Positions 1 to 7,468 of a DNA stretch of 64,000 nt are shown here, piece after piece; within the stretch, counting starts at the first letter, position 1; the number at the start of each line of letters is the position of its first letter. The notes beneath the pieces are model-generated. The model did not search any database. It saw nothing but the letters and a program-made list of their open reading frames with translations, and was not told the origin of the DNA. A program made the position numbers and the translations under genes. The stretch comes from Candidatus Latescibacterota bacterium (lineage in GTDB: Bacteria > Latescibacterota > UBA2968 > GCA-2709665), in assembly GCA_963667175.2 (NCBI GenBank), contig CAXXXF010000018.1, forward strand, positions 160,001-224,000, read 5' to 3'.

Positions 1-494
1 TGGGCATCCTGGTGGAAATCGTGCAGCGCTGGGCAGGCCAGATGAAGAGTATCTCGGCACAGGCCGAAACGTTTATTCGATCCCGCCCGCTGGCCGACGG
101 CCGGGGGACGGGGCCGGTGGAGCGCCCGGATACCGTGCATATCATGGGGCAGATGGAAAACGGCGCGCAGGCCGCGTTTCTGTTTTCCTCCGTGGCGCGG
201 TTCGGCGTGGATCCGCAGGTGGAACTGTACGGCAGCGACGGGACCCTGATCTACAAACTTGACAACGACACCATTCTGGGCGGGCGGGCCAGAGACAGCG
301 GTCTTTCGGAGATTCCCATACCGGATGACGAAGTCCGCGAGTGGACCGTGGAGCAGGATTTCGTGAGCGCAATTCAGGGCGGGCCTCCCGGGGATACCAC
401 CTTCGAGGCGGGCGTAAACTATATGGCGTTTACCGAAGCGGTGTTCAGATCCGTGGAACGGGGAGGCGTGGCGCATCTGCCCCTGGTGGATTGA
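1..494 (+). CDS. Gfo/Idh/MocA-family oxidoreductase, C-terminal part (5' truncated by window edge)
   Basis: VELYGSDGTL and 'DFVSAIQGG..TTFEAGVNYMAFTEAVFRS' match the GFO_IDH_MocA C-terminal pattern; the frame is open to the window start. Confidence 0.7.
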   Translation, partial: GILVEIVQRWAGQMKSISAQAETFIRSRPLADGRGTGPVERPDTVHIMGQMENGAQAAFLFSSVARFGVDPQVELYGSDGTLIYKLDNDTILGGRARDSGLSEIPIPDDEVREWTVEQDFVSAIQGGPPGDTTFEAGVNYMAFTEAVFRSVERGGVAHLPLVD

Positions 495-622
495 GCGCAC
501 TTTCCGAAAGGGCCGGTCTCACGGCAGTGGAATGTCGAATCGCGGTGGCGAAATCGATGGAAACCGGCCGGCCCGCGAGGGTGGTGACGGAATTCTGAGA
601 GGATCGCGGAGGGGTCTGCGGA

Positions 623-1471
623 ATGGGTGACGTACGGCTGGTGGCTTTCGACCTGGACGGTACGCTGCTCGACGACCGGGGGCGGATGTCAGATGCGTCG
701 GTCGAGGCGCTGCGGCGGCTGGCACGGGCCGGCATCGCGCTGGCGTCGATCAGCGGCCGGAACGTGGGAAAGAGCCTGGCGCCGTTTTCGCACGACCTGA
801 GAGCGGCGCTGCACGTGGGCAGCTACAATGGCGCGATGGTGATGGGAACGGGCGCGGACGGCGAGCGGCCGCTGTTGCACGAACAGCGACTGCCTCGTGA
901 CGGCCTTCCCGATCTGCTGGAATTTTTCGGCGACAACCGGGTGAACTTCATCTATTGCCGGTGCGAGGCGGATGGCGGCGGTCTCAACGAGGCCTATCTG
1001 ACGGACGAGGAAACCGGGTGCATCCGCAATCTGGTGCGGATGACCGGAGTAAATATCGTGCTTGAAGCGGATCTGCTGGCCAGGGCGCGCGACTTCGTTC
1101 CGCCGCCAAAGATGATCTTGCTGCCGGGTCCCGCCCGAAGGGAAGCTCTGTTCGACCGGATGCGGGCGGCGTTCGGACGCCGGTTCTACCTCGCCCGCAC
1201 GGGTGACGACCGGATTGAAGTCATGCACACAGAGGTGAACAAGGCGGTGGCTTTGCGGAAGCTCTGCGAGGCCTGCGATGTCTCACCCTCGCAGGCCATG
1301 GCGATTGGCGACGGGGACAATGATCTGCCGATGCTGAGGGAGGCGGGCATTGGCGTGCTGATGGGAAACGCGGACGGACTGACCCGGAAATCGGCGGATG
1401 CCGCGGGCGTGCGGATGGCCGAGTCGCTTGCGGAAAACGGGTTTTCAAAAGCCGTTGCGAGGTACGTGTAG
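623..1471 (+). CDS. Cof-type HAD-IIB hydrolase/phosphatase
   Basis: Motif I FDLDGTLL, motif II SGR, VNKAVAL, motif IV GDGDNDLPML. Confidence 0.9.
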   Translation: MGDVRLVAFDLDGTLLDDRGRMSDASVEALRRLARAGIALASISGRNVGKSLAPFSHDLRAALHVGSYNGAMVMGTGADGERPLLHEQRLPRDGLPDLLEFFGDNRVNFIYCRCEADGGGLNEAYLTDEETGCIRNLVRMTGVNIVLEADLLARARDFVPPPKMILLPGPARREALFDRMRAAFGRRFYLARTGDDRIEVMHTEVNKAVALRKLCEACDVSPSQAMAIGDGDNDLPMLREAGIGVLMGNADGLTRKSADAAGVRMAESLAENGFSKAVARYV

Positions 1472-1490
1472 GGGACCACACAACTGCGTT

Positions 1491-2258
1491 CTATTCAAGG
1501 CGGCTTCCCGATTCCTCCGCGATCTGCGCGTGAAGGTCCGCGCTGCTGGACAGTATGTGTTCCTCCATGGCCTGCTGCGCGGCGTCGGCGTCCCCTTTCC
1601 GGAGGGCGCGCAGGACTCTCCCGTGCTCGTCCAGGGACATCCGGGCCCGCTCCTCCACCGTGTGGGTTGCGGGATCTGCAAGGCTGGCCTTGATCCACTG
1701 CTGAAGGTAGTTGCGTATCATGACGAGGAGGTTGCGGAGGATCGAATTCTGGGTAGCCCGGGCAATGGCCAGGTGGAACTGAACGTCGAATTCCAGGAAT
1801 TCACCGGGTTGATCGAGTGATGCTTCGATTCCCCGGATTGTCCGGTCGAGTTCCCAGAGATCGGCCTCCGTGGCGCGCGACGCGGCGAGGAAGGCGTTCC
1901 GCGTCTCCAGCATCAGCCGGGTTTCGACGAGATCCTTGACTTCCTTCGGATCCAGCAGCAGTCCCCAACTCAGGGATTTCTCCAGGTAACGGCCGGTGTC
2001 GTCGCTAACGAACGTGCCTTCTCCGACACGGCTTTCCAGGATGCCCATCACGGAGAGCGAGCGGAGCGCTTCTCTGAGAGAGGTGCGACCGACCTCGAAC
2101 TGTTTGCACAGGCTTCGTTCGGGCGGCAGCCGATCGCCCGGTTTCAGCACGTCCCGGGAGATGAGGTCGATGATCTGGGAGACGATTTCGTCGCTCAGGG
2201 ACGTCCGTTTGACGGGTGTCATCTGCTCGATGGCCGGGGGAGGGCGTTGCAGGTTCAC
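1491..2258 (-). CDS. FadR/GntR-family transcriptional regulator (alternative ATG start at 2222)
   Basis: wHTH 'LKPGDRLPPERSLCKQFEVGRTSLREAL' plus FCD domain (FDVQFHLAIARATQN, EH, MEEH). Confidence 0.95.
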   Translation of the reverse strand: MNLQRPPPAIEQMTPVKRTSLSDEIVSQIIDLISRDVLKPGDRLPPERSLCKQFEVGRTSLREALRSLSVMGILESRVGEGTFVSDDTGRYLEKSLSWGLLLDPKEVKDLVETRLMLETRNAFLAASRATEADLWELDRTIRGIEASLDQPGEFLEFDVQFHLAIARATQNSILRNLLVMIRNYLQQWIKASLADPATHTVEERARMSLDEHGRVLRALRKGDADAAQQAMEEHILSSSADLHAQIAEESGSRLE

Positions 2259-2270
2259 GCGAGATTTCCC

Positions 2271-2299
2271 TTTACAAAGACACGTTCTTGGGTTAATCT
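2271..2299 (+). promoter_or_regulatory. Putative sigma70 promoter of the methyl-transfer cluster
   Basis: TTTACA (2271-2276)-N17-TAATCT (2294-2299) in an AT-rich divergent gap. Confidence 0.5.
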
Positions 2300-2308
2300 T
2301 ATATACAA

Positions 2309-2323
2309 AATTGGTCTGACCAT
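2309..2323. promoter_or_regulatory. Putative FadR-family (LldR/PdhR/GlcC-type) operator
   Basis: AATTGGTCTGACCAT, with perfect palindrome TGGTC-T-GACCA at 2312-2322, between the divergent FadR gene and the cluster. Confidence 0.75.
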
Positions 2324-2391
2324 CATCACATCAGTAAAAGAACAGACCGGGTACCACGCTGTCAAGAGAAAACTTGCCGGAGGATGGCGCG

Positions 2392-3021
2392 ATGGGCCGA
2401 ACCGTCGATATCGGAACGCGCATCGAACTGGTGCCGATGGATCCGCACTTCCACGAAATCACAATTGGTCTTTACCTGCAGGAGCACAACGGCGCTCCCG
2501 TGTATCGCGTACACACGTACAGCGGAAGATCGGGCGTCGACCAGCGAATCGCGTTCGTCTCCAACGCGATGGCGGTGTTGGGCGGAATGCGGCAGACAAC
2601 TGACGGCCTTCTGCGATTTCCGTGCGGCGATGCGCACCTGCTGGCCTGTCGGCGTGTCTTTCTGGAAGCATGCAAGCTGACCTCCGGCGGCGAGCTCAAA
2701 GCCCGGCCTTTGACAATCCTCGACAGGAAGTCGGGATTGAACATAACGGTGTCGCCCGCGGGTGACGGCGTGTACCGGATTGGCGCCGAAGGTGAGGGCA
2801 AGGACGGCGCGCGAAGGGTTGCGGCGATTGCGGGCGGGCTGGTGAAGCTCGGAGAAATGCAGTCTCGAGGCCCGGACACGGTCGCTTTCGCGTGCGGGCA
2901 GGCGCATGACGCCGTGGTGGGGCTTCTTCTGGTTCGCGCACCGAACGTCCGGGCAGCGGTTCGTGAACGGGAAATGGCAGGCACTCGGGGCGTTCTGGCG
3001 GCGCCCAGCGAGCAGCGTTAG
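2392..3021 (+). CDS. Hypothetical protein, first gene of the corrinoid cluster
   Basis: RBS GGAGGA at 2379-2384, ATG 2392; two internally similar halves (..FPCGDAH.. / ..FACGQAH..); no family recognised. Confidence 0.75.
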   Translation: MGRTVDIGTRIELVPMDPHFHEITIGLYLQEHNGAPVYRVHTYSGRSGVDQRIAFVSNAMAVLGGMRQTTDGLLRFPCGDAHLLACRRVFLEACKLTSGGELKARPLTILDRKSGLNITVSPAGDGVYRIGAEGEGKDGARRVAAIAGGLVKLGEMQSRGPDTVAFACGQAHDAVVGLLLVRAPNVRAAVREREMAGTRGVLAAPSEQR

Positions 3022-3056
3022 TCGATAAACAAGATTCCAGACAGGAGATTCGGAAT

Positions 3057-4094
3057 ATGGCGACTCAGACAGTGGGTCCGATGACCGGTCGGGAGCGGGT
3101 TCTGGCGGCGCTGAACCGGGAGCCGGTGGACCGGACGCCGGTATGCAATCCCACGTCCGTGGCGACGGTGGAGCTGATGGATCTCGTGGACGCGCCGTTT
3201 CCTCACGCGAACAGGAACGCGGAACTGATGGCCCGGCTGGCCGCGACCGGGCACACCGAGTTGGGGTTCGATACGATCATGCCCGTGTTCACGATCATCC
3301 AGGAGTCGTCTGCACTGGGTTGCAAGATCCAGTGGGAACAGAAAGACAACTGGCCCACGGTGAGGATGCGCGAGCCCATCTGGGAAGACGTGGACGACGT
3401 CCACGTTCCGCCCGACTTTCTCACGCACCAGGATACGAAGTGCGTGCTGGATGCGATCCGGATTCTGAAGAAGGAATACGGGGACGACGTGGCGATTATC
3501 GGAAAGACGATGGGCCCATGGTCGCTGGGATATCACTGCTTCGGGGTGGAGCCCTTTCTGCTCATGTCTCTGGACGACCCGGGCAAGACGAAGGCGTGCC
3601 TGGACAGAATGAAGGAAGCGACGGTGGACTTCGGGGTGGCGCAGATCGAGGCCGGCGCGGATGCGCTCACGCTTCCGGATCATGCGACGGGCGACCTGGT
3701 GAGCGGGGAGTACTACAAGCGGTATCTTCGCGACCTTCACATTGAATTCGTGGAGCGGATCCCCATTCCGCTGATTCTGCACATCTGCGGACGTACCGTG
3801 GATCGGATGGAATATATCGCACAGACGGGGATGTCCGCGTTCCATTTCGACTCCAAGAACGAGCCGGAAGAATCCATGGCGGTCGTAAAGGAGCGGATCT
3901 CGCTGGTGGGCAACGTCAACAATCCTGAAACGCTGTTTTCCAAAGGGCCAGAGGCGGTCCGTCAGGAGGTCGTCAGCAACCTGGACGCCGGCGTGCATCT
4001 CGTCGGTCCCGAGTGCGCGATCCCTCTGCAGACGTCAATAGAGAACCTGAAGGAGATCCCCGGGGCCGTCCGCGACTGGCACCGGGAGCAGTAA
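3057..4094 (+). CDS. MtaA/CmuA-family (URO-D fold) corrinoid methyltransferase
   Basis: N-term MTGRERVLAALNREPVDRTPV; GPWSLG; AQIEAGADAL; Zn ligands H-I-C (LHICG) and Cys in GPECAIP. Confidence 0.9.
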   Translation: MATQTVGPMTGRERVLAALNREPVDRTPVCNPTSVATVELMDLVDAPFPHANRNAELMARLAATGHTELGFDTIMPVFTIIQESSALGCKIQWEQKDNWPTVRMREPIWEDVDDVHVPPDFLTHQDTKCVLDAIRILKKEYGDDVAIIGKTMGPWSLGYHCFGVEPFLLMSLDDPGKTKACLDRMKEATVDFGVAQIEAGADALTLPDHATGDLVSGEYYKRYLRDLHIEFVERIPIPLILHICGRTVDRMEYIAQTGMSAFHFDSKNEPEESMAVVKERISLVGNVNNPETLFSKGPEAVRQEVVSNLDAGVHLVGPECAIPLQTSIENLKEIPGAVRDWHREQ

Positions 4095-4200
4095 AACCAA
4101 AAAGCACGAGAAAATCGCGAGAAAACGAGAGAGGCACGAGAAAACGAGGAAAACCGAAAAGCGCGACAAATGCTCGAGAAGACGAGGTACGGCTGAAATG
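4095..4200 (+). repeat. Purine-rich degenerate tandem repeat (CACGAGAAAA-like units)
   Basis: gcacgagaaaatcgcgagaaaacgagagaggcacgagaaaacgaggaaaaccgaaaagc in the intergenic gap. Confidence 0.5.
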
Positions 4201-4249
4201 CATAACCTGAAATTCACGGGGATGGACAGGATAGAGGGGAAGGAGCGTG

Positions 4250-5020
4250 ATGGCGGAACTCACTGATATCGGTAATGAATTCATCCGTGACGAAATCGAG
4301 GAGTTTCTGGAGCGCGAGGACGAGCGGGAGCGAGCGATCGCCACGTTTGCCGGTGTCACCCCCGAAATGCAGGCGATTGCCGCGGCTCTGATCGACGGCG
4401 ACCATCACGAGGTGGACGCGCTCACCAAGAACGCACTGGATGCGGGTACCGGGGCGCTGGAGGTGATGGACGACGGGCTCATCTCGGGAATGGGCATCGT
4501 TGGGATCAAATTCCGAGAGAACTTCATCTTCGTCCCGGAAGTGCTGGCCTGCGCCCGGGCGATGAAGGCCGGGATGGCCTATATTGAGCCGATTCTGTCC
4601 GCATCGGGGGTCGAGCCGATCGGCACGGTCATTATGGGTACGGTAAAGGGCGACCTGCACGATATCGGAAAGAACCTCTGCATCATGATGCTTCGCGGCG
4701 CAGGGTTTGTGGTCCACGATCTGGGGGTGGACACGTCGGAAGACGAATTCCTGGATGCCGTGGAGGAGCACGGCGCGCCGCTGCTGGGGATGTCGGCGCT
4801 GTTGACGACGACCATGCCCAATATGGAAAAAACGATCGAGGCGTTCATCGACTCGGATATGCGCGAAGACGTCAAGATCATGGTGGGGGGCGCGCCCGTC
4901 ACGCAGGAATTCGCCGACGATATGGGCGCCGACGGGTACGGTAAAGACGCCATGGCGTGCGTGTCCCTGGCCAAGGACCTGCTCGACGAGACGAAGGCCG
5001 AGACCAACCTGAACGCGTGA
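4250..5020 (+). CDS. Corrinoid (B12-binding) methyl-carrier protein, MtaC/MttC-like, cap plus B12 domain
   Basis: FVPEVLACARAMKAGM cap; DLHDIGKNL (DxHxxG), SALLTTT, MVGGAP, GADGY. Confidence 0.95.
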   Translation: MAELTDIGNEFIRDEIEEFLEREDERERAIATFAGVTPEMQAIAAALIDGDHHEVDALTKNALDAGTGALEVMDDGLISGMGIVGIKFRENFIFVPEVLACARAMKAGMAYIEPILSASGVEPIGTVIMGTVKGDLHDIGKNLCIMMLRGAGFVVHDLGVDTSEDEFLDAVEEHGAPLLGMSALLTTTMPNMEKTIEAFIDSDMREDVKIMVGGAPVTQEFADDMGADGYGKDAMACVSLAKDLLDETKAETNLNA

Positions 5021-5304
5021 GCCCGACCGTGCAGAAAATCGACAAAGAGGAATATCAGAAGCGGCTGGACAGAATCACCGAACTGTTCGCCGGCATGATC
5101 GCCCATGCCGATGAACTTTCAACCGTGCGGTGCCCGTACAAGAACCGTTTCGATGAGTGTACGGCGAAGTTCGGCTGCAGAAACCAGCGAAGGCCCCGCC
5201 CGGGCGGGACGCTGCTGACGTGCGGCGGGGACGACAAGCTCGACTATCGCGGCGCATGGGAGACGGAAGCGAAACCGTGTGCGTACGTCGGGAGCGAGGA
5301 ATAG
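5017..5304 (+). CDS. Small Cys-rich hypothetical protein, translationally coupled
   Basis: GTG start overlaps the upstream TGA (GTGA 5017-5020); RCPYKNRFDECTAKFGCRNQ...TCGGDDKLDYR. Confidence 0.7.
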   Translation: MSPTVQKIDKEEYQKRLDRITELFAGMIAHADELSTVRCPYKNRFDECTAKFGCRNQRRPRPGGTLLTCGGDDKLDYRGAWETEAKPCAYVGSEE

Positions 5305-5465
5305 TGCTCTGTCCCGGAAATATCTCACCATTCTTCCGACGATTCATCCCGTCTCGCGGCGTTGCCCTCGCTCGCAGACCTTAGCAGGTCGCCTGCGCTC
5401 GGGCGCCTTGCGATACGGGCGCCTCGTCAGCCGAATTCAGGCAACCTATTTCCTGGACAGAACAC
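5304..5465. mobile_element. MITE-like element (~160 bp), IS630-type ends
   Basis: Terminal inverted repeats GTGCTCTGTCCCGGAAATA (5304-5322) and TATTTCCTGGACAGAACAC (5447-5465), 17/19 match; TA precedes the left end; long internal hairpin ~5348-5420. Confidence 0.65.
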
Positions 5466-5486
5466 GATAGAGTACTGGAACGCCGC

Positions 5487-7112
5487 ATGGGTACGATATC
5501 TCACGACGGGAAACGGAAGGAGCTTGCAGCCGGCAGGACGATCTTCGACTATGCGGATGAACTGGCGGTCCAGGTGCCCACGTCGTGCGGACGCACCGGG
5601 CACTGTCACGAGTGCGTGGTTGAAATCAGGCGCGGAATGGACGCGTTGCGGCCACGGAACGAGGTGGAGTCGTTCCTGCGAGAGCATTACCGTCTCGCGT
5701 GCCAGGCGGTGGTCGAAGACGACCGGGCCGATATCGAATTCTCGCCATTGAGACGTAAGCCCAAGATTCTATCCGCCACATTGGAAAAGTCGGTCGATCC
5801 GGACCCCCTGGTCACGCGCCGGGGGGACATAGTATATTATGACGGCGTCGCCGTCGACACGTATCGGGGCCGCCTTTACGGCATCGCGGTCGATCTGGGC
5901 ACGACAACGGTGGTGATGGATCTCGTGGACCTGGAAACGGGTGAGAGCGTCCACGTGAGTTCGTTTGAGAACCCGCAGCGTTTCGGCGGCAGCGACGTGA
6001 TGCACCGCATCTCCTACGACGGGCAGTTTCAGGGCGAACTGCGGAAGGCGGTCGTCAATGCGATCAATCACGAAATTTTCGAATTGGGAAAACGTCTGGG
6101 GTTTGCCCGCCAGGAGATCTACGAGGTGGTTGTGGCGGGAAACTCCACGATGCGGGACCTCTTCTTCAGGCTGGACGTGCAGAGCATCGGCCAGAGACCG
6201 TACAAATCCCAGGTGGAACGCGCCTGTCTCGACGGCGAGCGCGAGACGACCTCCCTGCTGGAGAGTTCCCGGCGCCTCGGCGTACGCGTCAATCCCAGGG
6301 CGAAGGTCTACGGAATGCCGCTGATCGCGAGCCACGTGGGGGCGGATACCGCGGCCGACCTCGTGGCAATGGACCTGGCGTCTCAGGATGGTGTGATGAT
6401 GCTGGTGGACGTGGGGACCAATACCGAGGTGGTCGTGGGAAGTCCCGGCCGGCTGCTCACCGCCTCTTGTCCGGCCGGGCCCGCGTTCGAGGGCGGACTG
6501 ATCCGGTACGGGATGCCCGGTCATGAAGGCGCCATCGAGTCGATCCGACTGACCGACGACGGCTTCGAATACCAGACAATCGGACGCCGCGAACCGGAGG
6601 GAATATGCGGGTCCGGGCTGATCGATCTGCTCGCGGAACTCCGGCGGCACGGCCGCATGGCGCCCAAGGGCATGTTTGCCGGCAGGTCGTACGAGGTGCC
6701 GGTCGTTCCCGAATACGGAATCTCATTGTCCCGTGAAGACGCCAGCAACCTGGCCCAGGCCAAAGCGGCGAATTACTGCGGCCAGTTCATCCTGATGCGG
6801 CACCTTGGGATCGGACCGGAAGATATCGACACGCTCTACCTGGCCGGCGGATTCGCGAATTACGTGAACGTACGGAATGCCATCGAGATCGGGTTTCTGG
6901 CGCCGATCCACGAAGACCGGGTCGTTAAGATCGGGAACGCCGCGGTCCAGGGAGCGCGCGAGGTGCTGCTTTCGCGCGAAAAACGGGCGTCCGTGGAAGC
7001 GCTGGTGAAGCAGATCGAACACATCGAGCTCGAGACGACGCCGGACTTCTTCGAAGTATTCGTGGAGGGCTGTCAGTTCAAGCCCATGCCTTTCGCACTA
7101 CTTGACCCGTGA
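5487..7112 (+). CDS. Reductive activator of corrinoid proteins (RACo/RamA-like): 2Fe-2S ferredoxin plus ASKHA ATPase
   Basis: SCGRTGHCHEC...RLACQ 2Fe-2S; DLGTTT, NPQRFGGSDVMHRI, DVGTNTE, AGPAFEG, GICGSGLID, LAGGF, GNAA. Confidence 0.95.
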   Translation: MGTISHDGKRKELAAGRTIFDYADELAVQVPTSCGRTGHCHECVVEIRRGMDALRPRNEVESFLREHYRLACQAVVEDDRADIEFSPLRRKPKILSATLEKSVDPDPLVTRRGDIVYYDGVAVDTYRGRLYGIAVDLGTTTVVMDLVDLETGESVHVSSFENPQRFGGSDVMHRISYDGQFQGELRKAVVNAINHEIFELGKRLGFARQEIYEVVVAGNSTMRDLFFRLDVQSIGQRPYKSQVERACLDGERETTSLLESSRRLGVRVNPRAKVYGMPLIASHVGADTAADLVAMDLASQDGVMMLVDVGTNTEVVVGSPGRLLTASCPAGPAFEGGLIRYGMPGHEGAIESIRLTDDGFEYQTIGRREPEGICGSGLIDLLAELRRHGRMAPKGMFAGRSYEVPVVPEYGISLSREDASNLAQAKAANYCGQFILMRHLGIGPEDIDTLYLAGGFANYVNVRNAIEIGFLAPIHEDRVVKIGNAAVQGAREVLLSREKRASVEALVKQIEHIELETTPDFFEVFVEGCQFKPMPFALLDP

Positions 7113-7378
7113 GTCAGAATCACCACCATCCCTTAACGTCCCGTAGAGGCGGTAAGACGTGAGCCGGGAGACGGTAGAGGATGACTGTTACCACAGCGTT
7201 TCCACGTAAACCGTTCCTGTTTCTTTACCGCTATCATAACGACAAGAAAAACCAGATGGCACTCATGTCTTCTCGCCTCTACCATCTTACTCACCGCTTT
7301 TACGGGGGTAGAGGTCTGCTCCAATTCCGACCCTTCCTCATCGCGGCGCACAAGTCAAAGGATCGGATTTTGATTTAG

Positions 7379-7448
7379 GCTGACTGCTGATCACTGACTG
7401 CTGTTATCTGTTGTCTCCCTTTGCGTCTTCGTGTCTTTGTGTGAGTTG
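7379..7448 (+). repeat. 70-bp dispersed repeat, copy 1
   Basis: Ungapped 60/70 match to 55996-56065 (GCTGACTGCTGATCRCTGACTGCT...CCCTTTGYGTCTTYGTGTCTYYGTGTGAGTTG). Confidence 0.85.
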
Positions 7449-7468
7449 ATCTTTCTTGGATTAAACTG

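Noticed and set aside
4095-7468. CRISPR array in the repeat-rich intergenic gaps
   Set aside because: Repeats are short, degenerate and not regularly spaced by unique spacers; no cas genes
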